From a virus: a DNA stretch of 36,035 nucleotides. A program made the translations under genes and the position numbers. Below, one piece after another: positions 1-7,775 of this stretch. The notes under the pieces are model-generated. The model did not search any database and had not been told where the DNA came from. It worked only from the letters and a program-made list of their open reading frames with translations. The stretch lies in the IMG/VR virus record IMGVR_UViG_3300020129_000291. One strand, written 5' to 3'. Numbering within the stretch: position 1 is the first letter of the stretch; every line of letters starts with the position of its first letter.

Positions 1-127
1 CAATTATACAAAGACGCAAAGCACTGGGCAAAGATGCCACGCTCCACCATCCTTCGTCGCATGGCGGCCGACCAGCCGCTGATTAACCGGGTCTATTACG
101 CCTGCGTGCTGTGGAGCGTTTGCGGCC
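1..127. repeat. Terminal overlap, copy 1. Bases 1-127 are identical to 35909-36035, which closes the contig into a circle.
   Basis: Read directly: caattatacaaagacgcaaagcactgggcaaagatgcc...gtttgcggcc occurs at both ends. The repeat cuts through the start of ORF 34..1185, so it behaves like an assembly overlap or circular permutation rather than a bounded element. Confidence 0.95.
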
Positions 128-1185
128 CCGTAAGCTCTGATCGGGTCGTAAAAAAAGACCGGTCCGGCTTCATCGAGCGAAGCGGCGGGGAACCAATACT
201 GGCAACTCAAAAAGACATACGGGAACTCCTCGAACTGCCCGAGTCATCAAAGGGGAATATTTCCCGAACGATACGCCTTCTGAACCAGCAGGGGTTTCTG
301 ACATTTGACGGCGAAGCCTATTATCTTGAGGCAGATCCGATGGCGTACGATGACCGCACCGAAGGGGAAGACGGTTGCAATACTGCAACTTGGAATATAG
401 CTGGAGTGGTTGTCAGTACTGACAACTTGCCCGCTGATCCGGATGCCCGTATCGCGGCCGAAAATGCGCTCCAAGAACTCAATACCGGCTACAACAAATG
501 GCTAAAACAGGGTCGTACTGACTACCGCCAGATGTTGGTACAGGTCTGCAAAGACCACGGCATCATTATTGGGTTTAAGAAGACTGAGAAGAGAGAAGAA
601 ACTGCTACTGCTGGCGTTGCCGTGAACGGGTCCGAACCGCAACCAGCAGCAGCAGCAGTTCTCTCCCTTCCGGACCCCACCCCCGAACCGCCAGCCCTCG
701 CCCCACCCGTGGAGCCCACTACCGATGAAGTCGCCGCGGTCCGGACCGCGCTCGCCCCATTCGGACCTGCGGATTTCGAGACCGCCGAACGCCTGATTGT
801 CCGTTGCCGCCAAAAGTGCCCCGATGCCACCGCGCCCGAAGTGGCGCAAATGATTTCTGAAAAGTCGCCCAGCATCACGCGCAACACGCAAAACCCCGTT
901 GCTCTGTTGATGAAGATCGTTCCCCCGGCCTTTGAGGGCTATCGCGAAACTATGGACTGGGAACAAGCTGCAAAACGCAAGGTTGCGGACCTGGAAAAAC
1001 GCCTGCTCGATCCGGACTGCCTAACCGTGGTCGAAGCCGAAGCGGAGTACGGCATACCTGAAACCGTCCTGTTCGAATTGATCGAATCCGCGGCTTTGCC
1101 TTTCATTGACGTCGGCCCGCGCCCCGGCGGCAAATACCGGATCATGCGTCGCGACCTGGAAGCGTTCAAAAAGCCACGAGGCTGA
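34..1185 (+). CDS. DNA-binding protein, candidate replication initiator or early regulator (winged-helix-like N-terminus plus excisionase-type HTH C-terminus).
   Basis: 383-aa ORF. Contains ATQKDIRELLELPESSKGNISRTIRLLNQQGFL (wHTH-like), a Pro/Ala-rich linker, and a C-terminal LTVVEAEAEYGIPETVLFELIESAALPFIDVGPRPGGKYRIMRRDLEAF that is paralogous to the C-terminus of 34644..35138. It is the first gene after the long non-coding region. Confidence 0.6.
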   Translation: MPRSTILRRMAADQPLINRVYYACVLWSVCGPVSSDRVVKKDRSGFIERSGGEPILATQKDIRELLELPESSKGNISRTIRLLNQQGFLTFDGEAYYLEADPMAYDDRTEGEDGCNTATWNIAGVVVSTDNLPADPDARIAAENALQELNTGYNKWLKQGRTDYRQMLVQVCKDHGIIIGFKKTEKREETATAGVAVNGSEPQPAAAAVLSLPDPTPEPPALAPPVEPTTDEVAAVRTALAPFGPADFETAERLIVRCRQKCPDATAPEVAQMISEKSPSITRNTQNPVALLMKIVPPAFEGYRETMDWEQAAKRKVADLEKRLLDPDCLTVVEAEAEYGIPETVLFELIESAALPFIDVGPRPGGKYRIMRRDLEAFKKPRG

Positions 1186-1189
1186 ACAG

Positions 1190-1408
1190 ATGTGCCCTGC
1201 TTGTGAAAATAAGCGCCTTCACGCGCCCGGTGACTGGGCCCACCACCCAGACGCCCGCCACGGCTATCAGCGCGGACAGGGATGGTCCCGGCAGGATCTA
1301 GATCCCGCAATGCACGCTGAAGCGGACCGCGGCGGCGCCCCAATCTCGCAAATCTCGGGGGAGGTAAGCGGGGAAGCGCCGCCCGCGGGAGGGAGTGCTC
1401 AGGAATGA
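1190..1408 (+). CDS. Hypothetical small protein.
   Basis: The ATG lies 5 nt after the upstream stop. Its stop overlaps the next ATG (ATGA at 1405-1408), indicating translational coupling. The sequence is low complexity, so the call is uncertain. Confidence 0.4.
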   Translation: MCPACENKRLHAPGDWAHHPDARHGYQRGQGWSRQDLDPAMHAEADRGGAPISQISGEVSGEAPPAGGSAQE

Positions 1409-1722
1409 CCGCGAAAGGTGCGGGTGCTGCTTATGTCGTTCTCACTCGCCGCGGCTTTGTTTTGCATAGACCACGCCCAATCCCTACCCTGGAAGCCCGA
1501 TTAGCCAAACTTGCGCTTCAAAAAGAGGAGTTGGTAAGCAGGGTTATCGCTGCCCGAGAGACGTTTTCCAAACTGAAAAATTTTCTGGGAATGATGCCCG
1601 AGATACTGCCCGCCGATGTTGATCGGGTCTTCAAAAAACGAGAGGCAGAGGTCAGGGCGCAGATGAAAGCGACAAGGGCGAAAGAGATGGAAGCATCCTC
1701 TACGAAGGAGACAGATGCCTGA
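1405..1722 (+). CDS. Hypothetical coiled-coil protein.
   Basis: 105-aa ORF, Lys/Glu-rich and helical in its C-terminal half. Coupled to its neighbours (ATGA upstream, TGATG downstream). Confidence 0.55.
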   Translation: MTAKGAGAAYVVLTRRGFVLHRPRPIPTLEARLAKLALQKEELVSRVIAARETFSKLKNFLGMMPEILPADVDRVFKKREAEVRAQMKATRAKEMEASSTKETDA

Positions 1723-1958
1723 TGTACCGGGAAGACGGCGATACCATCACCCTCGAAATGAACCGCGCCGATTACGACGTTTTGTTGGTCATGTTCGGAG
1801 CGGCCACCGGCAGAGCTTCGCAGAACCGGGATAAAACCACGTTCTGGCACTGGCTCGATTTCACTAATCGCCTGCTCGCTGGCAGTCCGCGGTTTCGGCC
1901 CTACCAGATCCCTGAAGAGTTTCAAACCAAAACCGATGCCGATCGCCCCGCACTTTAA
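1722..1958 (+). CDS. Hypothetical protein.
   Basis: 78-aa ORF in the coupled early operon with non-repetitive composition. Confidence 0.5.
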   Translation: MYREDGDTITLEMNRADYDVLLVMFGAATGRASQNRDKTTFWHWLDFTNRLLAGSPRFRPYQIPEEFQTKTDADRPAL

Positions 1959-2226
1959 ACGCTTTTACGGCCACCGCTGGCGTACGGTCGTCAGACCGCG
2001 AATCCTGCAGCGTGCCGGTGGCGTGTGTGAGCGCTGCGGCCGCTGCCCCGAGCGGCTGGAGGTCGCGCACCTGGACCAGAACCCGCCGAACGATGCCGAT
2101 GAGAATCTGGCTGCGCTGTGCGCTCGATGCCATCGGCGGACCGATTACGTCGTCTGGGCCCGCAAGGCCCGCGAAACCCGGGCCCGCCGGAAGGACCGCG
2201 GGCGGCCGCTATTGGAGACGTTGTGA
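1936..2226 (+). CDS. HNH endonuclease.
   Basis: CERCGRCPERLEVAHLDQNPPNDADENLAALCARCHRRTD gives the Cys pair, His-Asn and Cys/His pair arrangement of the HNH (beta-beta-alpha-Me) motif. Confidence 0.8.
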   Translation: MPIAPHFKRFYGHRWRTVVRPRILQRAGGVCERCGRCPERLEVAHLDQNPPNDADENLAALCARCHRRTDYVVWARKARETRARRKDRGRPLLETL

Positions 2227-2651
2227 ACAATCGCTGTGAAACGTGCGCCTTCGGCCGCGAAGGCGCCGCCAACGAACCGGACAATGCACTCATGTCGCGC
2301 CTCTGCGGACTTGGCGCGATTCCGTTCTACTGCCATCATGGGCGGCTCGATAACGCCGAATATGACTGGCAATCTGACCCACTCGGACCCCTGAGTCTGC
2401 ATCCATCGAATCGGAAACTTTGCGCGGGATGGCAAGCGGAGGTTAAGAGCCTGAAAGCCGCGGGCTGTTTTCCGAACCCGGCCTACATCGCCATTCGTCG
2501 CGCGGTTGCGCGGCGTGGCATGGCGTTGCTGCGCCGAATGTACATCCCCGATATCGGCCGCGGAAAACAGAAGATCGCGCAGCAGGACCTGAAGCGCTGC
2601 ATAAAATTTCTCACCAAACGCGACATAGGAAAGGAACCGATCCCGCTATGA
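2223..2651 (+). CDS. Cys/His-rich hypothetical protein.
   Basis: The GTG start overlaps the HNH stop (GTGA). Contains CETC...FYCHH...C. The track ORF 2118..2651 extends upstream only as an out-of-frame overlap with the HNH gene. Confidence 0.55.
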   Translation: MNNRCETCAFGREGAANEPDNALMSRLCGLGAIPFYCHHGRLDNAEYDWQSDPLGPLSLHPSNRKLCAGWQAEVKSLKAAGCFPNPAYIAIRRAVARRGMALLRRMYIPDIGRGKQKIAQQDLKRCIKFLTKRDIGKEPIPL

Positions 2652-3037
2652 AGTCCGGTGACCTTCGCCAGCGGCTCGGCATCACTCAACGAATGATTCA
2701 GTGGTGGGTCGATCATCGCGTGATCCGGCCCCATTCCCGCTCCGGTCAGTACGTCTTCGATGAAGATCAAGCGATGATCGCCGCGATCGTGGCCGAACTC
2801 CGCTTGAAGAAACGCTTCTCTCTCACAAAAATCCGAAGGCTCAAAATTAAACCGACCGCGGCCGAGGCTCTGGCCGATTTCCTGGTAACGGATTCCCGCA
2901 ACGCGATCTATTGCAGTGAGGCCGAACTGCTGCCCACCCTGGCGGCCGCCCGCCGCGGTTGCTCTGTGGTAAGTCTGAGGGAACTGCGCGCCAGGTTGAA
3001 CGGACAACCGGCGAAGAAACGGAGGGCGGCTGCATGA
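2648..3037 (+). CDS. MerR-type HTH DNA-binding protein.
   Basis: LRQRLGITQRMIQWWVDHRVIRPHSRSGQYVFDEDQAMIAAIVAEL matches the MerR N-terminal HTH-wing layout. ATGA coupling on both sides. Confidence 0.6.
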   Translation: MKSGDLRQRLGITQRMIQWWVDHRVIRPHSRSGQYVFDEDQAMIAAIVAELRLKKRFSLTKIRRLKIKPTAAEALADFLVTDSRNAIYCSEAELLPTLAAARRGCSVVSLRELRARLNGQPAKKRRAAA

Positions 3038-3615
3038 CTGCGGAAGAATTTGAACGCAAATACGCCGAGGACAGCGGTATCACGGTGGAGCGGTTGCGCG
3101 AACTCGGGCGGATCGTCGCGCCCTGCGATTGCGGGGAGGACTACTGCGAGGGTTGGCAGTCGACAACCGCCGAGCGTCTGGCTGAGGAAGAGGCAATGCG
3201 AAAGATGGAACTCCGCGCCGCCGAGGAATGCGGGGTTACGGTGGAACAGCTTCGCAGAAAGGTGAGTGAGATTGTGGAACCTGGGTCGCCAGCATGGAAA
3301 GCGCGTCGCGCGCAGATCCTTACCGACGAACTGCGCCAGCCGCTGCGCTGGTTCTGGCTCAGTTTTGCCGATGACGAACAGTTTTTAGGCGGTGCGCTCA
3401 TCGAAGCCCACGGCCCCATGCACGCAATGGAACAGAGCCACAAACTGGGCATCTCTCCCGGTGGTGAATGTGTTATCGCGGTGGGGGACTTACCGCCGAG
3501 TGCCGTGCTACCGGACAGCGCAAAAAATCGGCTTTTGAGCGAAGCGGAAATTGAAGGTTATTTTGGGCGCCCGCGAAGGATGTTCGCGCGAGCGCAAAAG
3601 GAAACGATGCAGTGA
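3034..3615 (+). CDS. Hypothetical protein.
   Basis: The ATG at 3034 overlaps the upstream stop. Has an internal short repeat (SGITVERLRELGR / CGVTVEQLRRKVS). No recognised domain. Confidence 0.6.
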   Translation: MTAEEFERKYAEDSGITVERLRELGRIVAPCDCGEDYCEGWQSTTAERLAEEEAMRKMELRAAEECGVTVEQLRRKVSEIVEPGSPAWKARRAQILTDELRQPLRWFWLSFADDEQFLGGALIEAHGPMHAMEQSHKLGISPGGECVIAVGDLPPSAVLPDSAKNRLLSEAEIEGYFGRPRRMFARAQKETMQ

Positions 3616-4091
3616 GACGCCCTGCGGCCCGCCAAACCGAAAGTGCGGTCCGGCCGCCCGCCCGCCGCGGCCCGCCCGCAAAGGCCGAACTCGCCGTGAT
3701 TGTCGATCGCGAGCAGCGGCGCATGGCCGACGAATACGGAGAACTGGATCGGCGCATGCAGCTATTCGCGCCAGACGTCGCCCGGTTTGAGACGCTGAAG
3801 CGGGCGATAAAATCCTGGTTCGACCGCATGCCGGCGGATGCCGATGGAACCATCGAGGGGAATCTCTACCGGCTGCACCTGTCGGCCCGGGAACGCGAGC
3901 GGCGGGTGCGTAGCATGCGCGGCCTGGTCGACGCGATCGGCATCGAGAAATTTCTCGAACTGGCCAGCGTGCCGATCGGCGCGTTAGAGGATCTGCTCGG
4001 CAAGTCGCGGGCGGCCGCCTTGATTATCGACGCGCGCACCGGGTCGCGGCGCATCAAGGCGGTAGCAAAACAATCGGCGGGGAAAACATGA
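3612..4091 (+). CDS. Hypothetical protein.
   Basis: The GTG start overlaps the upstream stop (GTGA). 159 aa. An alternative start is the internal MADEYGELD. Confidence 0.55.
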   Translation: MRRPAARQTESAVRPPARRGPPAKAELAVIVDREQRRMADEYGELDRRMQLFAPDVARFETLKRAIKSWFDRMPADADGTIEGNLYRLHLSARERERRVRSMRGLVDAIGIEKFLELASVPIGALEDLLGKSRAAALIIDARTGSRRIKAVAKQSAGKT

Positions 4092-4414
4092 GCCATGACA
4101 AAATCCCTGATGACATCCTGTGGCATCAGAGCGGTGTGAACCGGGAGGGAGCGCCCTTCGTTCAGTTAATTCGTGGAATGGCCGTCATTGCGCAAATGAG
4201 TGTTGCTGAGGCCCGCGACCACGCCCGGGCGATGATTGAGGCGGCCGAAGCAGCCGAGACGGACGCCTTCATTTACAAGTGGGTAATGGAACACGTAGGC
4301 GCGGGCGAGCAGCAGGCCGCGGGATTGCTGCAGGACTTCAGGCGATACCGCGCGGGACTTACCGGCAAACGCGAAGGCCCGCAACGCCCCGATGACTGGG
4401 TCATGCCGAAATGA
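4088..4414 (+). CDS. Hypothetical protein.
   Basis: 108-aa ORF with ATGA coupling on both sides. Confidence 0.55.
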   Translation: MSHDKIPDDILWHQSGVNREGAPFVQLIRGMAVIAQMSVAEARDHARAMIEAAEAAETDAFIYKWVMEHVGAGEQQAAGLLQDFRRYRAGLTGKREGPQRPDDWVMPK

Positions 4415-4746
4415 GCTACGATCGCGATTTGAGGATTACCGCCCACCTGATCTTCGGCCTGTTGGGGTTCGATCTGGGCGCGGTGATCGTCATCGGCGTG
4501 AAAATGACCTACGATCGCGATCTGCGCATTGCCGCCCGCGTGATGGTTGGCTTGCTGGCCCTCAATCTCGCCGCGGCGATCGCGTTAGCCTTTTTCCGCC
4601 AGTGGTGGTCATGCGCGATCGCTCTGCTATGGGCTGTCAACTCGAAGGGTTCGTACACGATGAATCGGAACATGCAGTATCAGCGCGATCGAAACCGCTT
4701 GATCGAAGCGGCCGTTATTGCAGACTGGGAGAGGCGCCGTCCTTAG
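4411..4746 (+). CDS. Small membrane protein with an internal tandem duplication.
   Basis: MSYDRDLRITAHLIFGLLGFDLGAVIVIGVK (4411-4503) is followed directly by MTYDRDLRIAARVMVGLLALNLAAAIALAFF (4504-4596). Each unit has a hydrophobic helix. Confidence 0.6.
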   Translation: MSYDRDLRITAHLIFGLLGFDLGAVIVIGVKMTYDRDLRIAARVMVGLLALNLAAAIALAFFRQWWSCAIALLWAVNSKGSYTMNRNMQYQRDRNRLIEAAVIADWERRRP

Positions 4747-5101
4747 CAACCCACGCAGGAAGGTCCGGCAAATCGTTGCTGAGGATTCCCACCACGTACC
4801 ACTTCCGGCCCTTCTCGAACTCGGCCATCAGCAGTTTCATGCGGCCCGCCTCGCGCGAGACGCTGAAGCGGTAAAAATCCGGATGTCTGCGCCAGGATTG
4901 CAGCCAGTCGACGCCATCGAGATCGGCCGCGGTTTCGATGCGTTCCAGTTTTGGCTCGAATCCGTCGAAGAACGGCGGGATATGCTGCTTCAGTTCGGTC
5001 ATCGCCAGCAGTTTATCAGGGCGGCGGCGAGCGCCAGGTTCAACAATGTCGACAAAAGCAAAAGACGCCGGTACCGCATGACTTCGCGGTACGGCGTCCA
5101 T
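4715..5101 (-). CDS. Hypothetical protein.
   Basis: 128-aa ORF. The conserved-looking part starts at MTELKQHIPPFFDGF (alternative start 5002). Its 3' end overlaps the convergent gene 4411..4746 by 32 nt. Confidence 0.5.
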   Translation of the reverse strand: MDAVPRSHAVPASFAFVDIVEPGARRRPDKLLAMTELKQHIPPFFDGFEPKLERIETAADLDGVDWLQSWRRHPDFYRFSVSREAGRMKLLMAEFEKGRKWYVVGILSNDLPDLPAWVAKDGASPSLQ

Positions 5102-5134
5102 CCTTCGCCCTTCATGTCTCCATTCTGCGGCACC

Positions 5135-5764
5135 TCAGGCCGCATTGCGCCCCCCGTTTGCCGCCTTGCTCACGTTGATGAACGCTGAGAGAAACAGACT
5201 GCGGACGTCTTCGCCGCGGACGTTCTCATGACGCGCCGCATGTTTAAGAACCGCCGCGTAGGCGTCGACCAGTGCGCAACTCTGGTTAACCAGATGAGAC
5301 GCCCATTCGGCCGCGGGCGCCTGCTGCGCTTGCTTCCGGCGTTCGACTAGTGCGATGGAGTCGGCCAGCTTGTTTTCAAGCTCGCTCGGCGGCTCTGCGG
5401 GGAGTTCGTTGGGTGAGTAATACAGCCGTTCCGGAAGGTTGCTCTTGACCGGCCGCGGCTGAACCGCGACGGGCGCGGGCGGCTGCGGCTGCGATTCCTG
5501 GACGGTGCGCGTCACGGTGTAATCGGTAATGCGGCCGTTCTTGCGCTTGCAGATCCAAAAGCATTCGCCCTGCGCCAGATGCAACGCCTTGATGCGCGCC
5601 GATGTCAGCGGCGTGACGTACATCACGCGCCCGTCTGTGGTCGAGAACATGTGACGCTCTTCGGCGCCTGGGAAACGGTCGGACGGGGGAAACACCCGCG
5701 GTTCGGGGAAGCGCAGCGCGACTTCCACTGGCTGATCGAATTCGAACTTGATGACGTCGGACAT
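5135..5764 (-). CDS. Hypothetical protein.
   Basis: 209-aa ORF with a globular N-terminal half, a Pro/Gln linker and a helical C-terminal half. Its start overlaps the upstream stop by 1 nt. Confidence 0.6.
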   Translation of the reverse strand: MSDVIKFEFDQPVEVALRFPEPRVFPPSDRFPGAEERHMFSTTDGRVMYVTPLTSARIKALHLAQGECFWICKRKNGRITDYTVTRTVQESQPQPPAPVAVQPRPVKSNLPERLYYSPNELPAEPPSELENKLADSIALVERRKQAQQAPAAEWASHLVNQSCALVDAYAAVLKHAARHENVRGEDVRSLFLSAFINVSKAANGGRNAA

Positions 5765-6033
5765 TATGCAACCTCCGGGAGAGTGATGACGGCTGCGGCA
5801 CGAGCGGCGGCGATCGCCTTACGATCCGCAAGGCAAGCCGCTTCGATGGCGTCAGCGGCGATGATTTCGAGCGCTTCCTCCATGCAGTCGTCGCAGCCCA
5901 TGTAGTTGAACTCCGGAACCAGCGTCAAGCGGTCCGCAGTGCGGCCGCAGTTCGCGCACTCGTGAACCGCGGCGGAAGACGAAGCATCCGGAAACTCGCG
6001 TTCGTCCCAATCGATGTAATCCATGTTGTCCAT
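5764..6033 (-). CDS. Small zinc-ribbon protein.
   Basis: CANCG...x15...CDDC in an 89-aa ORF. It is the first gene of the leftward operon leaving the 6034-6189 control region. Confidence 0.55.
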   Translation of the reverse strand: MDNMDYIDWDEREFPDASSSAAVHECANCGRTADRLTLVPEFNYMGCDDCMEEALEIIAADAIEAACLADRKAIAAARAAAVITLPEVA

Positions 6034-6078
6034 TTTTGTTGTCCCTTCGTTTTAAAGCCCGTCGGCTATGAATTAAGA

Positions 6079-6187
6079 ATAGCTCAGCGCTAAGCTGAAT
6101 GCAACTAAGCGCTGAGCTATTTTTAGAGCGATGGGGTGAAATGTTGGGCGGTTGACTGTGGATGATACTGAGCGCTAAGCTAAATGC
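6079..6187. promoter_or_regulatory. Operator-like repeat cluster in the divergent control region.
   Basis: A 13-bp perfect inverted repeat ATAGCTCAGCGCT (6079-6091) / AGCGCTGAGCTAT (6108-6120) is followed by TTTTT. A 17-nt direct repeat AGCGCTAAGCT(G/A)AATGC occurs at 6086-6102 and 6171-6187. A TTGACT hexamer lies at 6152-6157. Confidence 0.5.
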
Positions 6188-6189
6188 TT

Positions 6190-6339
6190 ATGGCTAAACG
6201 CAAGAATCCGGCGGCGGTGGCGCTCGGTAAACGGGGTGCAAAAGCTCGAATGACAAAACTTACGCCCGAGGAACGCAGTGAGATTGCGCGTAAAGGTGGC
6301 CTCGCGGGCGGCAGGGGTAGGAAGGTAAAGGCGAAATGA
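6190..6339 (+). CDS. Small basic protein (49 aa, not in the ORF track).
   Basis: MAKRKNPAAVALGKRGAKARMTKLTPEERSEIARKGGLAGGRGRKVKAK. Its stop overlaps the next ATG (ATGA at 6336-6339). An in-frame ATG also lies at 6184. The GxRGxxAR...LTPEERSEIARKG pattern resembles a widespread small basic motif (from memory). Confidence 0.5.
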   Translation: MAKRKNPAAVALGKRGAKARMTKLTPEERSEIARKGGLAGGRGRKVKAK

Positions 6340-6566
6340 TGGACGCGAATATCGTTACGACTATTGCGACTGGTATCGGCGTCCTGGTAGGGATCTATGG
6401 GATCGTGAACCGCACCGAAGACCGCATGAATCGGCGGATGGATGAGCGTTTTACGTCCATCAATACCCGGTTTGACGATATGCGCGATCTTTGGCGCGCT
6501 GAACTCTACCGGGTCGAAGGCGTCATCGATGCGCGGTTGAAGCATTTAGAGGAACGAGTTAAATGA
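6336..6566 (+). CDS. Membrane-anchored coiled-coil protein (holin/spanin-like candidate).
   Basis: N-terminal hydrophobic helix IVTTIATGIGVLVGIYGIV, then a charged helical tail. Coupled to its flanking genes. Confidence 0.5.
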   Translation: MMDANIVTTIATGIGVLVGIYGIVNRTEDRMNRRMDERFTSINTRFDDMRDLWRAELYRVEGVIDARLKHLEERVK

Positions 6567-6817
6567 AAATCAAACTAGATGCGAACCACTGCGCGTTGCT
6601 CCTGGGTGTCGCGATCATGTGCGGACTCAAGACAGAATGGACCGTCGCGGTCCTGCTTGGCGTGCCAATGGTCCGAATGATTGTAGACTTCTGCAAGTAC
6701 CGCCCGCCGGTTCAACACCACGTTACAAACGCGAACGCGGCGCAGCCGGTCGCGCGCAGAGGTTGGGCGAATGATCCCGCGGCGGCATACGTCGGCCCGA
6801 AACTCATTGATCGATGA
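6563..6817 (+). CDS. Small membrane protein.
   Basis: Two hydrophobic segments (CALLLGVAIMCGL, WTVAVLLGVPMV). ATGA overlap with the upstream gene. Confidence 0.5.
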   Translation: MKIKLDANHCALLLGVAIMCGLKTEWTVAVLLGVPMVRMIVDFCKYRPPVQHHVTNANAAQPVARRGWANDPAAAYVGPKLIDR

Positions 6818-6921
6818 CCCAACAAACAACGGAACAACTGATAAGCAATACACAATCCCGCCTCTTGTGTGGCTGTGTCTTGTTGATGATTCTGGCCAAT
6901 AGAGGTATGTGTAAATGACAA

Positions 6922-6950
6922 TTGACGACTTGGAAGGCGGCAAATAAAAC
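6922..6950 (+). promoter_or_regulatory. Candidate sigma70-type promoter.
   Basis: TTGACG (6922-6927), a 17-nt spacer, then TAAAAC (6945-6950). AGGAGG follows at 6954-6959 and the ATG at 6973. Confidence 0.3.
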
Positions 6951-6972
6951 AACAGGAGGGAAACACCGAACG

Positions 6973-7449
6973 ATGCCAATTGCAAAAGATCAGCTATCGA
7001 AATACGAGGAGATGGGGAGAGCCGCGTTACTACCGGGCATGCGCCATTTACTCGAAATCATGCAAACGGAAGTCGACAAGATGACTCGCGAACTGGGCGT
7101 GCTGCAGGGCTTGAACGTGTTAAAGCACAACGTGCCACGTAAGCGCGGAAGGCCATCGAATGCCGAACTCGCCGAGCGCGCCCCAGTGACGCCCGCCGCG
7201 GCCCGTATGGGTTGGTCGGATGATCCCGAGGAGCGAAAAGCCGAGATGGCGCGACGGCAGGCAAAGGCCCGCAAAAACGGCTCGCTCCACCCGCGCGACC
7301 CGAAACACCCTAAGCATGATGAGTGGCTAGCCAAGATGCGAAAGACCCAGAAAAAGTATTGGGCAAATATGACCGTTGCGCAACGCAAAGCGCGGAGTGC
7401 GAATATGAACGCCGGTCGTAAAGCGGCGGCCCTGGCGGTGGCGTCATGA
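6973..7449 (+). CDS. Basic hypothetical protein.
   Basis: The ATG at 6973 is preceded by AGGAGG. Lys/Arg-rich. The track ORF starts at 6922, upstream of the SD. Confidence 0.55.
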   Translation: MPIAKDQLSKYEEMGRAALLPGMRHLLEIMQTEVDKMTRELGVLQGLNVLKHNVPRKRGRPSNAELAERAPVTPAAARMGWSDDPEERKAEMARRQAKARKNGSLHPRDPKHPKHDEWLAKMRKTQKKYWANMTVAQRKARSANMNAGRKAAALAVAS

Positions 7450-7763
7450 TTACCCGCCTGAGCAGCCTTCAGTTTCCGATGCTCGAAACCTTCGCATCCG
7501 GTGTCTACCTGAGCATCGGTCAAGCGCAATCCTACGACCAGCGGCCGTTTCGGTCGATGCTGATTCGCGGCTGGATCGCGTACAAACCCGGCCGCGGCTT
7601 CCACATCACGCCCGAGGGTCGCGACGCGCGCGAATCGTTCCACCATACCGGCATCCAGCGCAAAAACCCCACGATGCCACTCACGAAGTACTTCGATCCG
7701 ACTGCGTACGGGTTGAGCGTGCCGAGCAAAAACAAGGTGCGCGTAATCCGCGGCGCGGCGTAG
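7446..7763 (+). CDS. Hypothetical protein (possible winged-helix).
   Basis: 105-aa ORF with ATGA coupling to the upstream gene. Confidence 0.5.
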   Translation: MITRLSSLQFPMLETFASGVYLSIGQAQSYDQRPFRSMLIRGWIAYKPGRGFHITPEGRDARESFHHTGIQRKNPTMPLTKYFDPTAYGLSVPSKNKVRVIRGAA

Positions 7764-7775
7764 AATCAGACCAAT

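Noticed and set aside
6079-6125. Hairpin plus T5 read as a rho-independent terminator.
   Set aside because: No plus-strand gene ends upstream of it, since the nearest ends at 4746 and a leftward operon lies between. Its arms also share the AGCGCT core with nearby direct repeats, so operator or attenuator is the more economical reading.
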